This document shows, piece after piece, positions 1 to 9,252 of a stretch of 64,000 nucleotides of DNA. Both the position numbers and the translations under genes were made by a program. The notes beneath the pieces were generated by a model, which was given only the letters and a program-made list of their open reading frames with translations, did not search any database and was not told the DNA's origin. The number at the start of each line of letters is the position of its first letter. The first letter of the stretch is position 1. Source of the stretch: Gemmatimonadota bacterium (GTDB taxonomy: Bacteria > Gemmatimonadota > Gemmatimonadetes > Gemmatimonadales > GWC2-71-9); the NCBI GenBank assembly GCA_031400975.1, contig JANNQX010000131.1, positions 761 through 64,760 of the forward strand, in the 5' to 3' direction.

Positions 1-70
1 TGACGAAGGGACTCGAACCCCTAACCTGCTGATTACAAATCAGCTGCTCTACCAGTTGAGCTACGCCAGC
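1..70 (-). tRNA. tRNA-Thr (anticodon UGU), 3' end clipped by the window edge
   Basis: The reverse complement of 1-70 reads GCTGGCGTAGCTCAACTGGTAGAGCAGCTGATTTGTAATCAGCAGGTTAGGGGTTCGAGTCCCTTCGTCA. It has a D-arm (AGCTCAACTGGTAGAGC), an anticodon stem GCTGA/TCAGC with loop TTTGTAA (anticodon TGT), and a T-arm with loop TTCGAGT. The last nucleotides of the acceptor stem lie outside the window. Confidence 0.85.
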
Positions 71-184
71 GGAACTGGCCCGCAGAAACGACAGACCCTT
101 ATTCTACCGCAACTTAGCTCATGCGTCAACGGCCGATCCTGGACCGGATTCAGGGCCCGAACCCCACCAAGAGCGGCGCCGCCC

Positions 185-1717
185 CTAATTCGGACTCTGT
201 TCGGCCGCCGACGACCCTCGATCCACCAGCTCCGCGCTCCCATCCCGGCGATCCCGGATCTCGAACAGACCCTGAACCAGGCGGTCGCGGATTTCGTCGG
301 CGGCCGGGAAATCCCGGCGGCGCTTCGCCCCGGCGCGGCGATTCGCCCACCGGGTACCCCAGGCCAACCTCCCGGACGCCCCTGCCGGGGGGCTCTCGGC
401 CAAGGCCGAACCGTCACTGTCCTCAGCCGAGCCGGAAATCTCAGCCCGGCCCTGGGCCCGATGGGCTGCCCCAGAGACCCGCATCGCCAAGTCCCAGGAC
501 GACTTAGCGGAGGCCGATGGAACCACACCCTCGTCGAGGAGTCGGTTGGCGTCCCGAACGAAGTCGAAAACGGCGGCCAGAGCCCGAGGGCCGTTAAGGT
601 CGTCATCCAATGCCGAGCGAAAGTCGGCCTCGAGCCGTGCCGCCGGCTCGGCCCATCCCTGGACGCCGGGTCCTTTCGACACTCCGGCCAGGTCGAAACG
701 ATCGGCGCACTCCCCCAAACGGCGGGCCCCTTCGCGGGCGGCCGCGAGACCCTCATCGGTCAAGTCGAGCTGCTGGCGGTAATGGGTTTGCAACATCATC
801 AAGCGAATGGCTGCCGCTTCGACGCCGTCGGTCCGGAGGTCCCGGGGCGTCGTGATGTTGCCGAATCGTTTCGACATCTTCGAGCCGCGGATGTTCAGGA
901 ACTCGCCATGGAGCCAATAGCGCGCAAAGAGCGGCTCGCCAGTGAAGGCGCAGCTTTGGGCGATTTCGTCCTCATGGTGGGGAAAGATCAGATCCACCCC
1001 GCCGGTATGGATGTCGAGCACCTGGGCGCCGAACCGCTCGCCGATGAGGTCGAGCGCCATCGCCGAGCATTCCAGGTGCCAGCCCGGGCGTCCTCGTCCA
1101 AACGGGGCGTCCCAAGCCGCCTCTGCCTGTTCGTCCTCGGGGCGAACGGATTTCCAGAGGACGAAATCCTGAACGTTCTCTTTGGTGTATTCGTCCGCGC
1201 TGGTCCGGCCGCCGGCCCCGGCACGAAGCTCTCGCTTGGCCAGTTGCGACAACTGGCCGTAGTTGGCAAACCGATCAATCCCGAAGTAGACGGACCCGTC
1301 TTCGCCGCGATAGGCCGTGCCCTTGTCGAGCAGTCCGGCCACCAGCTTGATCATCGCCGGGATGAAATCAGTGGCCCGGGGGTACACGTGAGCGGGCACC
1401 ACGCCGAGATAGTCCCGATCTTCGAGAAAGGCTGCCGCGTACGGTTCGGTCAGTTCTCGAATCGAAACCCGCTTCTCGACCGCCGCCTTGATGATCTTGT
1501 CATCGACATCGGTGAAGTTCATGATGTGATAGACGTCGTACCCGCTGGCCTCAAGCCATCGCCGGAGCAGATCGACGAACAGAAAGGTGCGGAAGTTGCC
1601 GATGTGGGCGTAGTTGTAAACCGTCGGTCCGCACGAGTACAGGGTGACGCGGGGGGGCGCGAGCGGCTCGAACGGTTCCACCCGGCGAGTCAGGGTGTTG
1701 TACAAAGACAGTGGCAC
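185..1717 (-). CDS. cysS: cysteinyl-tRNA synthetase
   Basis: 510-aa ORF with class I aaRS motifs HIGN (YNYAHIGNFR) and KMSKR. The N-terminus MPLSLYNTLTRRVEPF is typical of CysRS. Confidence 0.95.
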   Translation of the reverse strand: MPLSLYNTLTRRVEPFEPLAPPRVTLYSCGPTVYNYAHIGNFRTFLFVDLLRRWLEASGYDVYHIMNFTDVDDKIIKAAVEKRVSIRELTEPYAAAFLEDRDYLGVVPAHVYPRATDFIPAMIKLVAGLLDKGTAYRGEDGSVYFGIDRFANYGQLSQLAKRELRAGAGGRTSADEYTKENVQDFVLWKSVRPEDEQAEAAWDAPFGRGRPGWHLECSAMALDLIGERFGAQVLDIHTGGVDLIFPHHEDEIAQSCAFTGEPLFARYWLHGEFLNIRGSKMSKRFGNITTPRDLRTDGVEAAAIRLMMLQTHYRQQLDLTDEGLAAAREGARRLGECADRFDLAGVSKGPGVQGWAEPAARLEADFRSALDDDLNGPRALAAVFDFVRDANRLLDEGVVPSASAKSSWDLAMRVSGAAHRAQGRAEISGSAEDSDGSALAESPPAGASGRLAWGTRWANRRAGAKRRRDFPAADEIRDRLVQGLFEIRDRRDGSAELVDRGSSAAEQSPN

Positions 1718-1781
1718 GAAACGGCTCCCGGCGGTTGACTCGCCAGTAAGGTAGACAGGAGCCGACTCCCGGGTCGAGGGG

Positions 1782-2660
1782 TCAGCCCCCCGGGACCGGA
1801 CCGGGCTGAATCGGCAGCGACCGCTGAACGGTTGGGATGTCGATGCCCTCTCGATCGAGCCGATTCTTGAGCCGGCGCTGGAACTCGCGCGCCGCCTCCC
1901 ACTGGTACCCCGCCACCGTGCGGACTAGGGTCCGGATGATTAAACCGCTGTCGGCGAGCCGCTCAACCCCGAGGACTTCGGAAGCCCCTTCGAGTTTCGC
2001 TGCCCAACCCGGATCGCGTTGGAACAAGCCCAATTCGTCCCGAACGACCGCGAGGGTCGCATCGAGATCCGCACGGTACCCGACGGTGACATCAACCACG
2101 GCACGGGACCATCCCCGGGTCAGGTTGCTGACCATGGCGATCGAGCCGTTCGGGATGATGTGAATCGCTCCCCGAACGTCCCTGAGAGTCACGATTCGCA
2201 ACGTCATCCGCTCCACGGCACCCGATTTGTCTCCGATCTGGATGACGTCCCCGACCACGAATTGGTTTTCAAACAGAATGAAGAAGCCAGCGATGAAGTC
2301 CTTGACGAGGCTTTGGGCTCCAAAGGAGATCGCCAGACTCAGAATCCCCACGCCGGCCAACAGCGGCTTGATGTCCACAAACAGATTGAAGCTGAGCAGT
2401 ACCACGCCGATCAGCAGCACGGCGCGACCAACACTCCGCACCAGCTGGGCGATCGTGTGGCCACGCTTCTCGACAGCCGTCAACAGAGTGTCGTCGCCGT
2501 CGTTGACCGACCGTTCGATCCGGCGGGCCACCAGTCGGACCAGCCGGTTTGCGAACCACCCGACTAACCAAATAGCGACGAGCTGGATCAGTTTCTGCCA
2601 TAAAACGGTCCGCTCGACGCCCAACAAAGCAGCAATCCACTCGACTGGGTTCATAGACAT
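1782..2660 (-). CDS. MscS-family mechanosensitive ion channel
   Basis: 292 aa. N-terminal TM helices are followed by the conserved MscS beta-domain stretch IAGFFILFENQFVVGDVIQIGDKSGAVERMTLRIVTLRD..G..HIIPNG. Confidence 0.9.
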   Translation of the reverse strand: MSMNPVEWIAALLGVERTVLWQKLIQLVAIWLVGWFANRLVRLVARRIERSVNDGDDTLLTAVEKRGHTIAQLVRSVGRAVLLIGVVLLSFNLFVDIKPLLAGVGILSLAISFGAQSLVKDFIAGFFILFENQFVVGDVIQIGDKSGAVERMTLRIVTLRDVRGAIHIIPNGSIAMVSNLTRGWSRAVVDVTVGYRADLDATLAVVRDELGLFQRDPGWAAKLEGASEVLGVERLADSGLIIRTLVRTVAGYQWEAAREFQRRLKNRLDREGIDIPTVQRSLPIQPGPVPGG

Positions 2661-2724
2661 GTCGCGAAGAGTATGGGGAGGCGGGCCCGAGGGTCAATCG
2701 GCTGCCAAGCAACGCAGGGTGGGG

Positions 2725-3144
2725 TTACTTCCGGCGGGAAGGGTGACTCAAGCTCCACACATAGGCAGAGACCGCCCGAATTTGCTGGTCGGTGATGCCG
2801 GCACCGCCCCGAGGGGGCATGATTTGACCGAGCTTGCTTTCGTCGGAGGTCACCCCGGCAAGGACGCGAGCGACGATCTCGGAAAACTTGCCGGTGCCGT
2901 GGAGCCACGTTTGGTCGGTCAGATCGGGCCCGAGCGCCCCCTTGGCATCGACCCCGTGGCAGGCCGCGCAAAGCCCCTCCCCCCCGAAGAGGGACTTGCC
3001 CTCAGCCAAGACTGCCTGGGTAACGTCAGTCGGGAGCGTGTCGGCCGACGCTTGCGCCCTGGCCGCGCTTATCGGACTGACAGCCAACAGACAGACCAGC
3101 ACTCGATATCGCCACCGCATCACCATCAGAGTCGCTCCGGCCAC
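2725..3144 (-). CDS. secreted mono-haem c-type cytochrome, CcoP-haem-domain-like
   Basis: 139 aa with a signal-peptide-like N-terminus and a single CAACH haem site. GPDLTDQTWLHG...MPP parallels GPNLTDKYWLHG...MPPWG in the CcoP gene at 14600-15208. Confidence 0.85.
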   Translation of the reverse strand: MAGATLMVMRWRYRVLVCLLAVSPISAARAQASADTLPTDVTQAVLAEGKSLFGGEGLCAACHGVDAKGALGPDLTDQTWLHGTGKFSEIVARVLAGVTSDESKLGQIMPPRGGAGITDQQIRAVSAYVWSLSHPSRRK

Positions 3145-3202
3145 CGGTCAATCCCTACCTCGGTTACGCCAAAGTAATGGGATCGCCGCGGTCTGACGAC
3201 AA

Positions 3203-4123
3203 TCAGGCCGGGGGGCGGAATACGAGCACGGGCTTCCCGGCGCCGCGCACGATCTTGTCGGCGACACTGCCGAGGAGCAGCCGGCGGAACCCGGTGTTTC
3301 CGTGAGTCGTCATCGCGACGAAATCGATTTTCCCCGCCTCGAGCTGTTCGAGAACCGTGGCGGCCACACCCAATCCGACGACAACTTTGGTGGCCACCGC
3401 CAGCCCGGCCGCCCGGAGCCGATCCGCGACCTGATCGAGATACGTCTGGGCATCGGACCGGATGGCTTGGAGGGTCTCGGCCGGCACCGGAAGCGGGTAC
3501 GGAGGCACCGCACCGGTCACGCCAAGCACCGGCTCAATCACGTGCAGCAACGTTATGTGCGCCTGGGTCAGCTTCGCCAGATCAGTCAACGGGCCCAGGA
3601 TCTTCTCGGCCTCCCCCGATCGATCCAGGGGCACGAGACAGGTCTGCATTTTGGTCTCGGGCGGCGGCACCGGGGCCCCGTCCCTGGGGTGAAGCAGCAA
3701 AACCGGTACGGCGGTGTGGCGGACCACATGATCGGCCACGCTCCCGAGCCAGAACCGGCTCAGCGGGCCCCGGCCGTGGGTGGCCATGACTAGGAGGTCG
3801 GGGGCCCGCTTCGCCAATTCGTCCACCAGGGTTGGGCCGGCCAATCCTTCAAGCAGGGAGAAACCAACCGGGCCCGCTCCGACGGTACCGAACTCCATCG
3901 CCGTGGAGGCAAGGTAGGCCTTCTCGGTCGCCCGCATGGCAACCTCGTCGGGCCCGGTAGTAATCGGGATGTCGGCGGCGGGCACGAGGGCCATCACGGG
4001 TTCGTGAGCCATCGCCAGGTGAAGGTTCGCCCCCGCGCTTCGAGCCAACCGCGCCGCGACCGGCAGGGCGGTTTCAGCGAACCGGGATCCATCGAGCGCA
4101 ACCAAGATTGAGCGGAGGGTCAT
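3203..4123 (-). CDS. tandem universal stress protein (UspA family)
   Basis: 306 aa with two USP-like halves. Each ends in a ...G(S)VA..V(V)R....PVL(L/V).. motif (MATHGRGPLSRFWLGSVADHVVRHTAVPVLLL; MTTHGNTGFRRLLLGSVADKIVRGAGKPVLVF). Confidence 0.85.
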   Translation of the reverse strand: MTLRSILVALDGSRFAETALPVAARLARSAGANLHLAMAHEPVMALVPAADIPITTGPDEVAMRATEKAYLASTAMEFGTVGAGPVGFSLLEGLAGPTLVDELAKRAPDLLVMATHGRGPLSRFWLGSVADHVVRHTAVPVLLLHPRDGAPVPPPETKMQTCLVPLDRSGEAEKILGPLTDLAKLTQAHITLLHVIEPVLGVTGAVPPYPLPVPAETLQAIRSDAQTYLDQVADRLRAAGLAVATKVVVGLGVAATVLEQLEAGKIDFVAMTTHGNTGFRRLLLGSVADKIVRGAGKPVLVFRPPA

Positions 4124-4314
4124 GACGGGCTCCTAGAGGACTTTCCCAACAGGCTGTATATGGGGCAGTTGCCCGTCAGTGCCGTGCCGACGGGAATTAG
4201 CCCCAACAAGGTGAGGTACTTCCACGGTCCGGTCAGCGCGCCAAAAAGGCCCAGGACCAGCGCCCCGAGAATGAGCCGAACAGCCCGGTCCAGGGTTCCA
4301 ATGTTTTTCGTCAT
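4120..4314 (-). CDS. DUF2892 (YgaP-like) small membrane protein
   Basis: MTKNIGTLDRAVRLILGALVLGL...GNCPIYSLLG matches the DUF2892 pattern. I chose the internal ATG at 4314 rather than the ORF-track start at 4362. The stop overlaps the downstream USP start as ATGA. Confidence 0.7.
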   Translation of the reverse strand: MTKNIGTLDRAVRLILGALVLGLFGALTGPWKYLTLLGLIPVGTALTGNCPIYSLLGKSSRSPS

Positions 4315-4398
4315 CTGGCCGTCCTGTGAGTGACAGTCGAGATCTACGGGGGTATCCCTCAAGCCATCTTGATCTCAGGATGAGGAGTTCTTTAGACA

Positions 4399-5265
4399 TC
4401 AGAGCGGGACCGTCAGAACGGCCGACGGGGCGGAGTGCAGGAGGTTGCGAGCGATGTTGGTTGGGGCGATGACCTTCGGGGGGCCACCCCGACGGTAGCC
4501 AATCACCAGAAGATCGGCCTGGGTCGCTTGCACGTGGGCCAGGATTTCCTCGATCGGGTTTCCCCGCCGGACCGTCAGCGGGGGATCTTCGCCGCCCGGC
4601 CCTCCCTTCAACAGCTCCGCGAACTGAACGGTGCGGGCCCTTGGCATCGGGCTCGGCATCCAGGGCTGGCTCTCGTCGGCGAGTTCAGGCTCGACCATCA
4701 GGGCCTCGAGGTTGGCACCCAAGCGCCCGGCGATGGCCATCGCAGCCTGAAGCACTGTACGGGCCCTTTCGGTACCGTCGAGTGCCGCCACGACTCGGCG
4801 AAAACCCGTCACCCGAGTCGGGACGAGCAACACTGGAATGTCGCTGCGCCGAACGACCGCATCGCTGGTTTCGCCCAGTTCTAGGGGCCGATCCGGTGCC
4901 CGAGCCCGGCGCCCCATGACAATCAGATTCGCTTCTCGAAGCCGAGCGAGCCGGCTGATCTCGATCCCCGGCACGCCGAAGGCGAGGGCTACCTCGGGCG
5001 GCGGCCCGACCCCACCGAGGACCTCGGCCCCCAGCCAGCCGCTGAACTGGTCAAACTCGGGAACCGGCTCCGGATCGGTCGACGAAATCAACCGCCCCGC
5101 GGAGACCGGGCCTTTGGACACGATAGGGGCGACCGTGAGCACGGTCCAGCGGGCCGAGGCGGCCCCCCCCGCGATCGCCCGAGCCACGAGGACCGCGTGG
5201 CGCCCCTCCGCCCTTTCGTCCGTCGCCGCTAAGATTAAGTCACCGATCAAACCGGACTCGCCCAA
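4399..5265 (-). CDS. tandem universal stress protein-like protein
   Basis: 288 aa with two USP-like halves (…DAVVRRSDIPVLLVP…; …IARNLLHSAPSAVLTVP). More divergent than the USP at 3203-4123. Confidence 0.7.
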   Translation of the reverse strand: MGESGLIGDLILAATDERAEGRHAVLVARAIAGGAASARWTVLTVAPIVSKGPVSAGRLISSTDPEPVPEFDQFSGWLGAEVLGGVGPPPEVALAFGVPGIEISRLARLREANLIVMGRRARAPDRPLELGETSDAVVRRSDIPVLLVPTRVTGFRRVVAALDGTERARTVLQAAMAIAGRLGANLEALMVEPELADESQPWMPSPMPRARTVQFAELLKGGPGGEDPPLTVRRGNPIEEILAHVQATQADLLVIGYRRGGPPKVIAPTNIARNLLHSAPSAVLTVPL

Positions 5266-5356
5266 TTTGGTTAGGGGCGAACCTAGCAGATTCGGGATGA
5301 AACAACTATGAAGAGACGAGTAAGTCCCGACCAGCCACTAGATTGCCCCGGAAATC

Positions 5357-6568
5357 ATGGCGAAATCCAAACCAGGTGACCGGATTGAGCGACTGGTTCG
5401 GGCCACCCCCGAACTTGTCGGGGAGTTGAACCTGGACCGGGTTCTCCAGCGCGTGGCCGATCTGGCCCGAGAGCTCCTGGAGGCCAAGTATGCGGCGGTG
5501 GGGCTGCTGGGCGCCGATGGCCGGACGCTCGAGTCCTTCACCACCTCAGGACTGTCCGAGGACGTCCGGCACCAGATCGGGAAGCTGCCCACCGGCCGTG
5601 GGGTCCTCGGGCTGGTGATCAACGAAGGCCAGGTCGTCCGGCTTCCCAGCATCGGAGCCCACTCCTCCTCCGTCGGGTTCCCGCCCAACCACCCTCCGAT
5701 GGACTCGTTTCTCGGGGTCCCGATTCGGGGGCGGGCCGGGATCCTGGGCGACCTCTACCTGACTGAAAAGGTCGGTCAGTCGGAGTTCTCCGACGAGGAC
5801 GTCCACATTGCGATGCTCCTGGCGAGCATCGTCGCGTCGGCAGTCGAGAACGCCCGCTCCCATGAGCGGACCACCCGCCTGCTCGATGAGATCCAGCAAC
5901 TCCAGCGCAGCCGGGAACGGTTCTTCGCGATGGTCAACCACGAACTCCGCAACGCCCTGGCCGCGGTATACGGATGGGCTGAGACGTTGATCCGGAAGAA
6001 GGACCCCCAAACCGTTCCCCGAGGGGCCTACGAAGTACTCGAGGCCGCCGAACAGGCCGTGGTCCTGGTGAACGACCTGCTCGACCTAAGTCGCCTCGAC
6101 GACGATCGTCTCAAGCCGGTGATCCGGGAGGTCGACTGTCGCGGCCTGGTGAGAGCGGCCATTCAGCGGTGCATTCCCCAGGCGGCCGAGAAGGGCGTGA
6201 CGCTCGAGTGCCCCGCGGACGAACCTCACTTCATCTGCCGAACCGACTCCCATCGAATCGAGCAGATCTTTGTCAACCTGTTCACCAACGCCATTCGGCA
6301 TACCCCGCGGGGAAGTGCGGTCCGGGTTTCGGTGAGCGCCAAGGGCCCGATGGTCGAGTTCCGGGTCCTCGATGAGGGTCCCGGTGTGACGGCCGACATG
6401 GTCGACCAGATCTTCGACATCTACTTCACCACCGGGGCCGCGGAAGGTGATACCGGACATGGGGTCGGCCTGGCGCTTTCCCGCCGCCTAGCCCGGCTTC
6501 TCGGTGGCGACTTGACGGCCATCCCTCAACCCGGCGGGCTGTTTGTCCTGACCGTGCCGGCTCCATGA
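5357..6568 (+). CDS. GAF-domain sensor histidine kinase
   Basis: 403 aa with an N-terminal GAF-like region (AAVGLLGADG...GFPPNHPPMDSFLGVPI), the H-box FFAMVNHELRNAL, and HATPase_c motifs (NLFTNAIRHTP, DEGPGV, GHGVGLALSRRLA). Confidence 0.9.
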   Translation: MAKSKPGDRIERLVRATPELVGELNLDRVLQRVADLARELLEAKYAAVGLLGADGRTLESFTTSGLSEDVRHQIGKLPTGRGVLGLVINEGQVVRLPSIGAHSSSVGFPPNHPPMDSFLGVPIRGRAGILGDLYLTEKVGQSEFSDEDVHIAMLLASIVASAVENARSHERTTRLLDEIQQLQRSRERFFAMVNHELRNALAAVYGWAETLIRKKDPQTVPRGAYEVLEAAEQAVVLVNDLLDLSRLDDDRLKPVIREVDCRGLVRAAIQRCIPQAAEKGVTLECPADEPHFICRTDSHRIEQIFVNLFTNAIRHTPRGSAVRVSVSAKGPMVEFRVLDEGPGVTADMVDQIFDIYFTTGAAEGDTGHGVGLALSRRLARLLGGDLTAIPQPGGLFVLTVPAP

Positions 6569-6626
6569 AGCAGTCTTCACGTTCCCTTGGCGCCACCTTC
6601 AGCCAACCAGCCATAAGCTTCGCCCC

Positions 6627-7322
6627 ATGAAACTTCTCGTCGTGGAGGACGACCGAAAGGTCGCCGGGTTCATTGAGCAGGGGCTCAAGGAAGAAGGGTT
6701 CGTCGTCGATGTGGCACCCGATGGCGAAGAGGCCACCATGTTGGCCCACATCTACGAGTACGACGTGATCCTTCTCGACGTCATGCTCCCGAAGAAGAGT
6801 GGATTCCAAGTCGCCCAGGAACTCCGGCGCGAGGGCCGAAGCACGCCGATCCTGATGCTGACCTCGCGCGACGCGGTCGAGGACATTGTCCGGGGTCTCG
6901 ATGCCGGGGCGGACGACTATCTAACCAAGCCGTTTCGATTCGAGGAGTTGCTGGCCCGGCTTCGAGCGCTTCATCGACGAGGAGGGGCGGAGCGGCTTGA
7001 GGTTCTTCGGTACGGACCCTTCGAACTGGACCGGTTGCGCCACCAGGCCACGATCGACGGGAAGGCTCTGGATCTGACCGCCAAAGAATTCCAGCTGTTT
7101 GAGTTCTTCATGCTCCACCCCGAGGAAGTGATCCGTCGGACCACTTTGTTGGAAAAGGTGTGGGACATGCACTTCGACCCCGAAAGCAACGTTGTCGATG
7201 TTCACGTCGGCAACCTCCGCCGCAAATTGCTCAAGTACGCCTCGGACCCTCATATCGAAACGGTTCGTGGGGTCGGATTCTCGCTCTGCCACGCGGGTGC
7301 ACGGTCGGCCAAGGCCGGCTAA
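6627..7322 (+). CDS. OmpR-family response regulator
   Basis: 231 aa with a receiver domain (MKLLVVEDD...DVILLDVMLP...LTSRD) and a winged-helix output domain (LTAKEFQLFEFFM...VDVHVGNLRRKL...IETVRGVGF). Confidence 0.92.
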   Translation: MKLLVVEDDRKVAGFIEQGLKEEGFVVDVAPDGEEATMLAHIYEYDVILLDVMLPKKSGFQVAQELRREGRSTPILMLTSRDAVEDIVRGLDAGADDYLTKPFRFEELLARLRALHRRGGAERLEVLRYGPFELDRLRHQATIDGKALDLTAKEFQLFEFFMLHPEEVIRRTTLLEKVWDMHFDPESNVVDVHVGNLRRKLLKYASDPHIETVRGVGFSLCHAGARSAKAG

Positions 7323-9179
7323 GTGTTCACCCCGCTCGCCGCGGTGTTGGTGTTGCTCGCGGGGCTCCTAGCCCCGCGTTTTTTTTCTACGGCTCACGCG
7401 CAACCGTTCCTGTGGCTCGGGGGGCTAGTCGTACTCGGGGTCCCGATCGTCTGGAGCAGCGTCAAGGGCATGTTCGAAGGCCGATTCGCGACCGACCTCG
7501 TCGCATCGCTGTCGATCGTCACGGCAGCTGTGTTGCAGCAACCAGTGGCCGGGCTGGTCATCGTGCTGATGCAAAGCGGCGGCGAAGCGTTGGAGCGGGC
7601 CGCGGCTCGGCGAGCGAGTCAAGCGGTCGCCGATCTGGAAGCCCAGGCCCCCCGGGTTGCCCACCGAATCCAGGCTCAGGGGGGCATCGAGGACATTGGG
7701 GTGGATCAGATCCACGTCGGGGACCGGCTGCTGGTCCGGCCCGGCGAAATGGTCCCCTGCAATAGCGTGGTCAGCTCGGGGACTTCGTCGGTCGATACTT
7801 CGCGGATCACCGGAGAACCGATGCCCCGAACGCTGGGGCCCGGCGACGCCGTCGCGAGCGGCACCGTCAATCTGGACCGGCCGCTCACCGTAGACGCCAC
7901 GGCGCGGGCCGACGCCAGTTTATACCACCAGATCGTTGAACTGGTCCGAAGCGCTCAGGCCAGCAAGGCACCGATCCAGCGGCTCGCCGACCGGGTCGCG
8001 GTCTGGTTCACGCCGGTGACGATTGCGGCCTGCCTCCTGGTCTATCTCGTGTCACGCGATCCGACCCGAGTCTTGGCCGTATTGGTGGTCGCCACACCCT
8101 GTCCACTGATCTTGGCCGCTCCGGTGGCGATGCTCGCCGGCGTCAATCGCGCGGCGCGTCACCAGATCATCGTGCGCCACGGCACCGCGCTCGAGCAGCT
8201 GGCCGCCATCAATCTGGTGTTCTTCGATAAGACGGGGACCGTGACGATCGGCCGCCCCCAAGTCGCGGCGGTCGTGCCGATGCCGCCGTTTTCAGTCACC
8301 GACCTCCTCCGGCTGGCCGGCGCGGTCGAGAACGGATCAGGCCACCTCCTGGCCCGATCGACTGTTGACGCGGCCATCGCCGCCACCGGGGCGCTCCCTC
8401 ACGCCACGGAGGTGATCGAATCAGCGGGCCGGGGGGTGACCGGGGTCGTCGAGGGCCGCCGGGTCACGATCGGCGCCTTGACGCTCCTCAACGAATGGGA
8501 GCCCGCGGCGGCGGCGGCCTTTCTCGGCGGCCAAGGTGCCTCCGAGCTGCGGGCCTACGTGGCGATCGATCGGGTGGCCGCTGGCACGATCGTCTACGCC
8601 GATGCGATCCGCCCGACGGCCAAGGCGATGATGAGAGGTCTCTGGTCGCTCGGAATTCACCGGTCGGTTCTCCTGTCCGGCGATCGAACCGTGAACGCCA
8701 GGGCCGCGGCTGCCAAGCTCCAGATTCCCGAGGCGGTCGGCGACCTGTTGCCACAGGATAAGGTCGGCTACGTCGCCCGAATGGCCAAGGCGGGGCACCG
8801 GGTCATGATGGTCGGTGACGGGGCCAACGACGCCCCTGCCCTTTCCGCTGCCTCGGTCGGGCTGGCCATCGCGGCCACGGGCGGGGGGATCAGCGCCGAG
8901 GCAGCCGATGTCGTATTGCTGAGCGACGACTTGACCCGGATTCCGGAAGCGATCGCCATTGCCCGGCGGACCATGCGAATCGCCAGACAGAGCATCGGGG
9001 TAGGCTTGGGGCTTTCGGCGGTCGCGATGATGCTGGCCGCGAGCGGCTGGATTGCGCCGACGATCGGCGCCTTGGTGCAGGAGGGAATTGACGTGGCCGT
9101 AATCCTCAATGCCCTCCGAGTGCTCACCAGCGGGCCGTTGGAGGTGGCCCTACACCGGGCCTTCAAGGCCGCCGACTAG
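7323..9179 (+). CDS. P1B-type heavy-metal ATPase with TPC transmembrane motif and no N-terminal metal-binding domain
   Basis: 618 aa. The GTG start directly abuts the TAA of the response regulator. Motifs seen: TGEPMP, ATPCPLILAAP (TPC instead of CPC), DKTGTVT, MVGDGANDAPAL, QEGIDVAVILNALR. No CxxC/HMA domain is visible. Confidence 0.9.
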   Translation: MFTPLAAVLVLLAGLLAPRFFSTAHAQPFLWLGGLVVLGVPIVWSSVKGMFEGRFATDLVASLSIVTAAVLQQPVAGLVIVLMQSGGEALERAAARRASQAVADLEAQAPRVAHRIQAQGGIEDIGVDQIHVGDRLLVRPGEMVPCNSVVSSGTSSVDTSRITGEPMPRTLGPGDAVASGTVNLDRPLTVDATARADASLYHQIVELVRSAQASKAPIQRLADRVAVWFTPVTIAACLLVYLVSRDPTRVLAVLVVATPCPLILAAPVAMLAGVNRAARHQIIVRHGTALEQLAAINLVFFDKTGTVTIGRPQVAAVVPMPPFSVTDLLRLAGAVENGSGHLLARSTVDAAIAATGALPHATEVIESAGRGVTGVVEGRRVTIGALTLLNEWEPAAAAAFLGGQGASELRAYVAIDRVAAGTIVYADAIRPTAKAMMRGLWSLGIHRSVLLSGDRTVNARAAAAKLQIPEAVGDLLPQDKVGYVARMAKAGHRVMMVGDGANDAPALSAASVGLAIAATGGGISAEAADVVLLSDDLTRIPEAIAIARRTMRIARQSIGVGLGLSAVAMMLAASGWIAPTIGALVQEGIDVAVILNALRVLTSGPLEVALHRAFKAAD

Positions 9180-9252
9180 ACCCCTCGCCTTCAAGCCCGC
9201 CGCGATTCGGCCGATAACCCCCGTAGGTCTCCAACAACGGGAAGATTCAACC

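Noticed and set aside
56-1738. Very long ORFs antisense to, or out of frame with, recognisable genes. Examples: 56-1738(+), 9812-10432(-), 10453-11217(-), 13211-14152(-), 15391-16602(-), 18894-19556(-), 40288-41538(-), 42728-43993(-), 50611-51915(-), 52055-53383(+).
   Set aside because: Each overlaps a gene with unmistakable family motifs in another frame or on the other strand. Their translations are Arg/Pro/Gly-rich low-complexity strings, typical of shadow ORFs in high-G+C DNA, where stop codons are rare.
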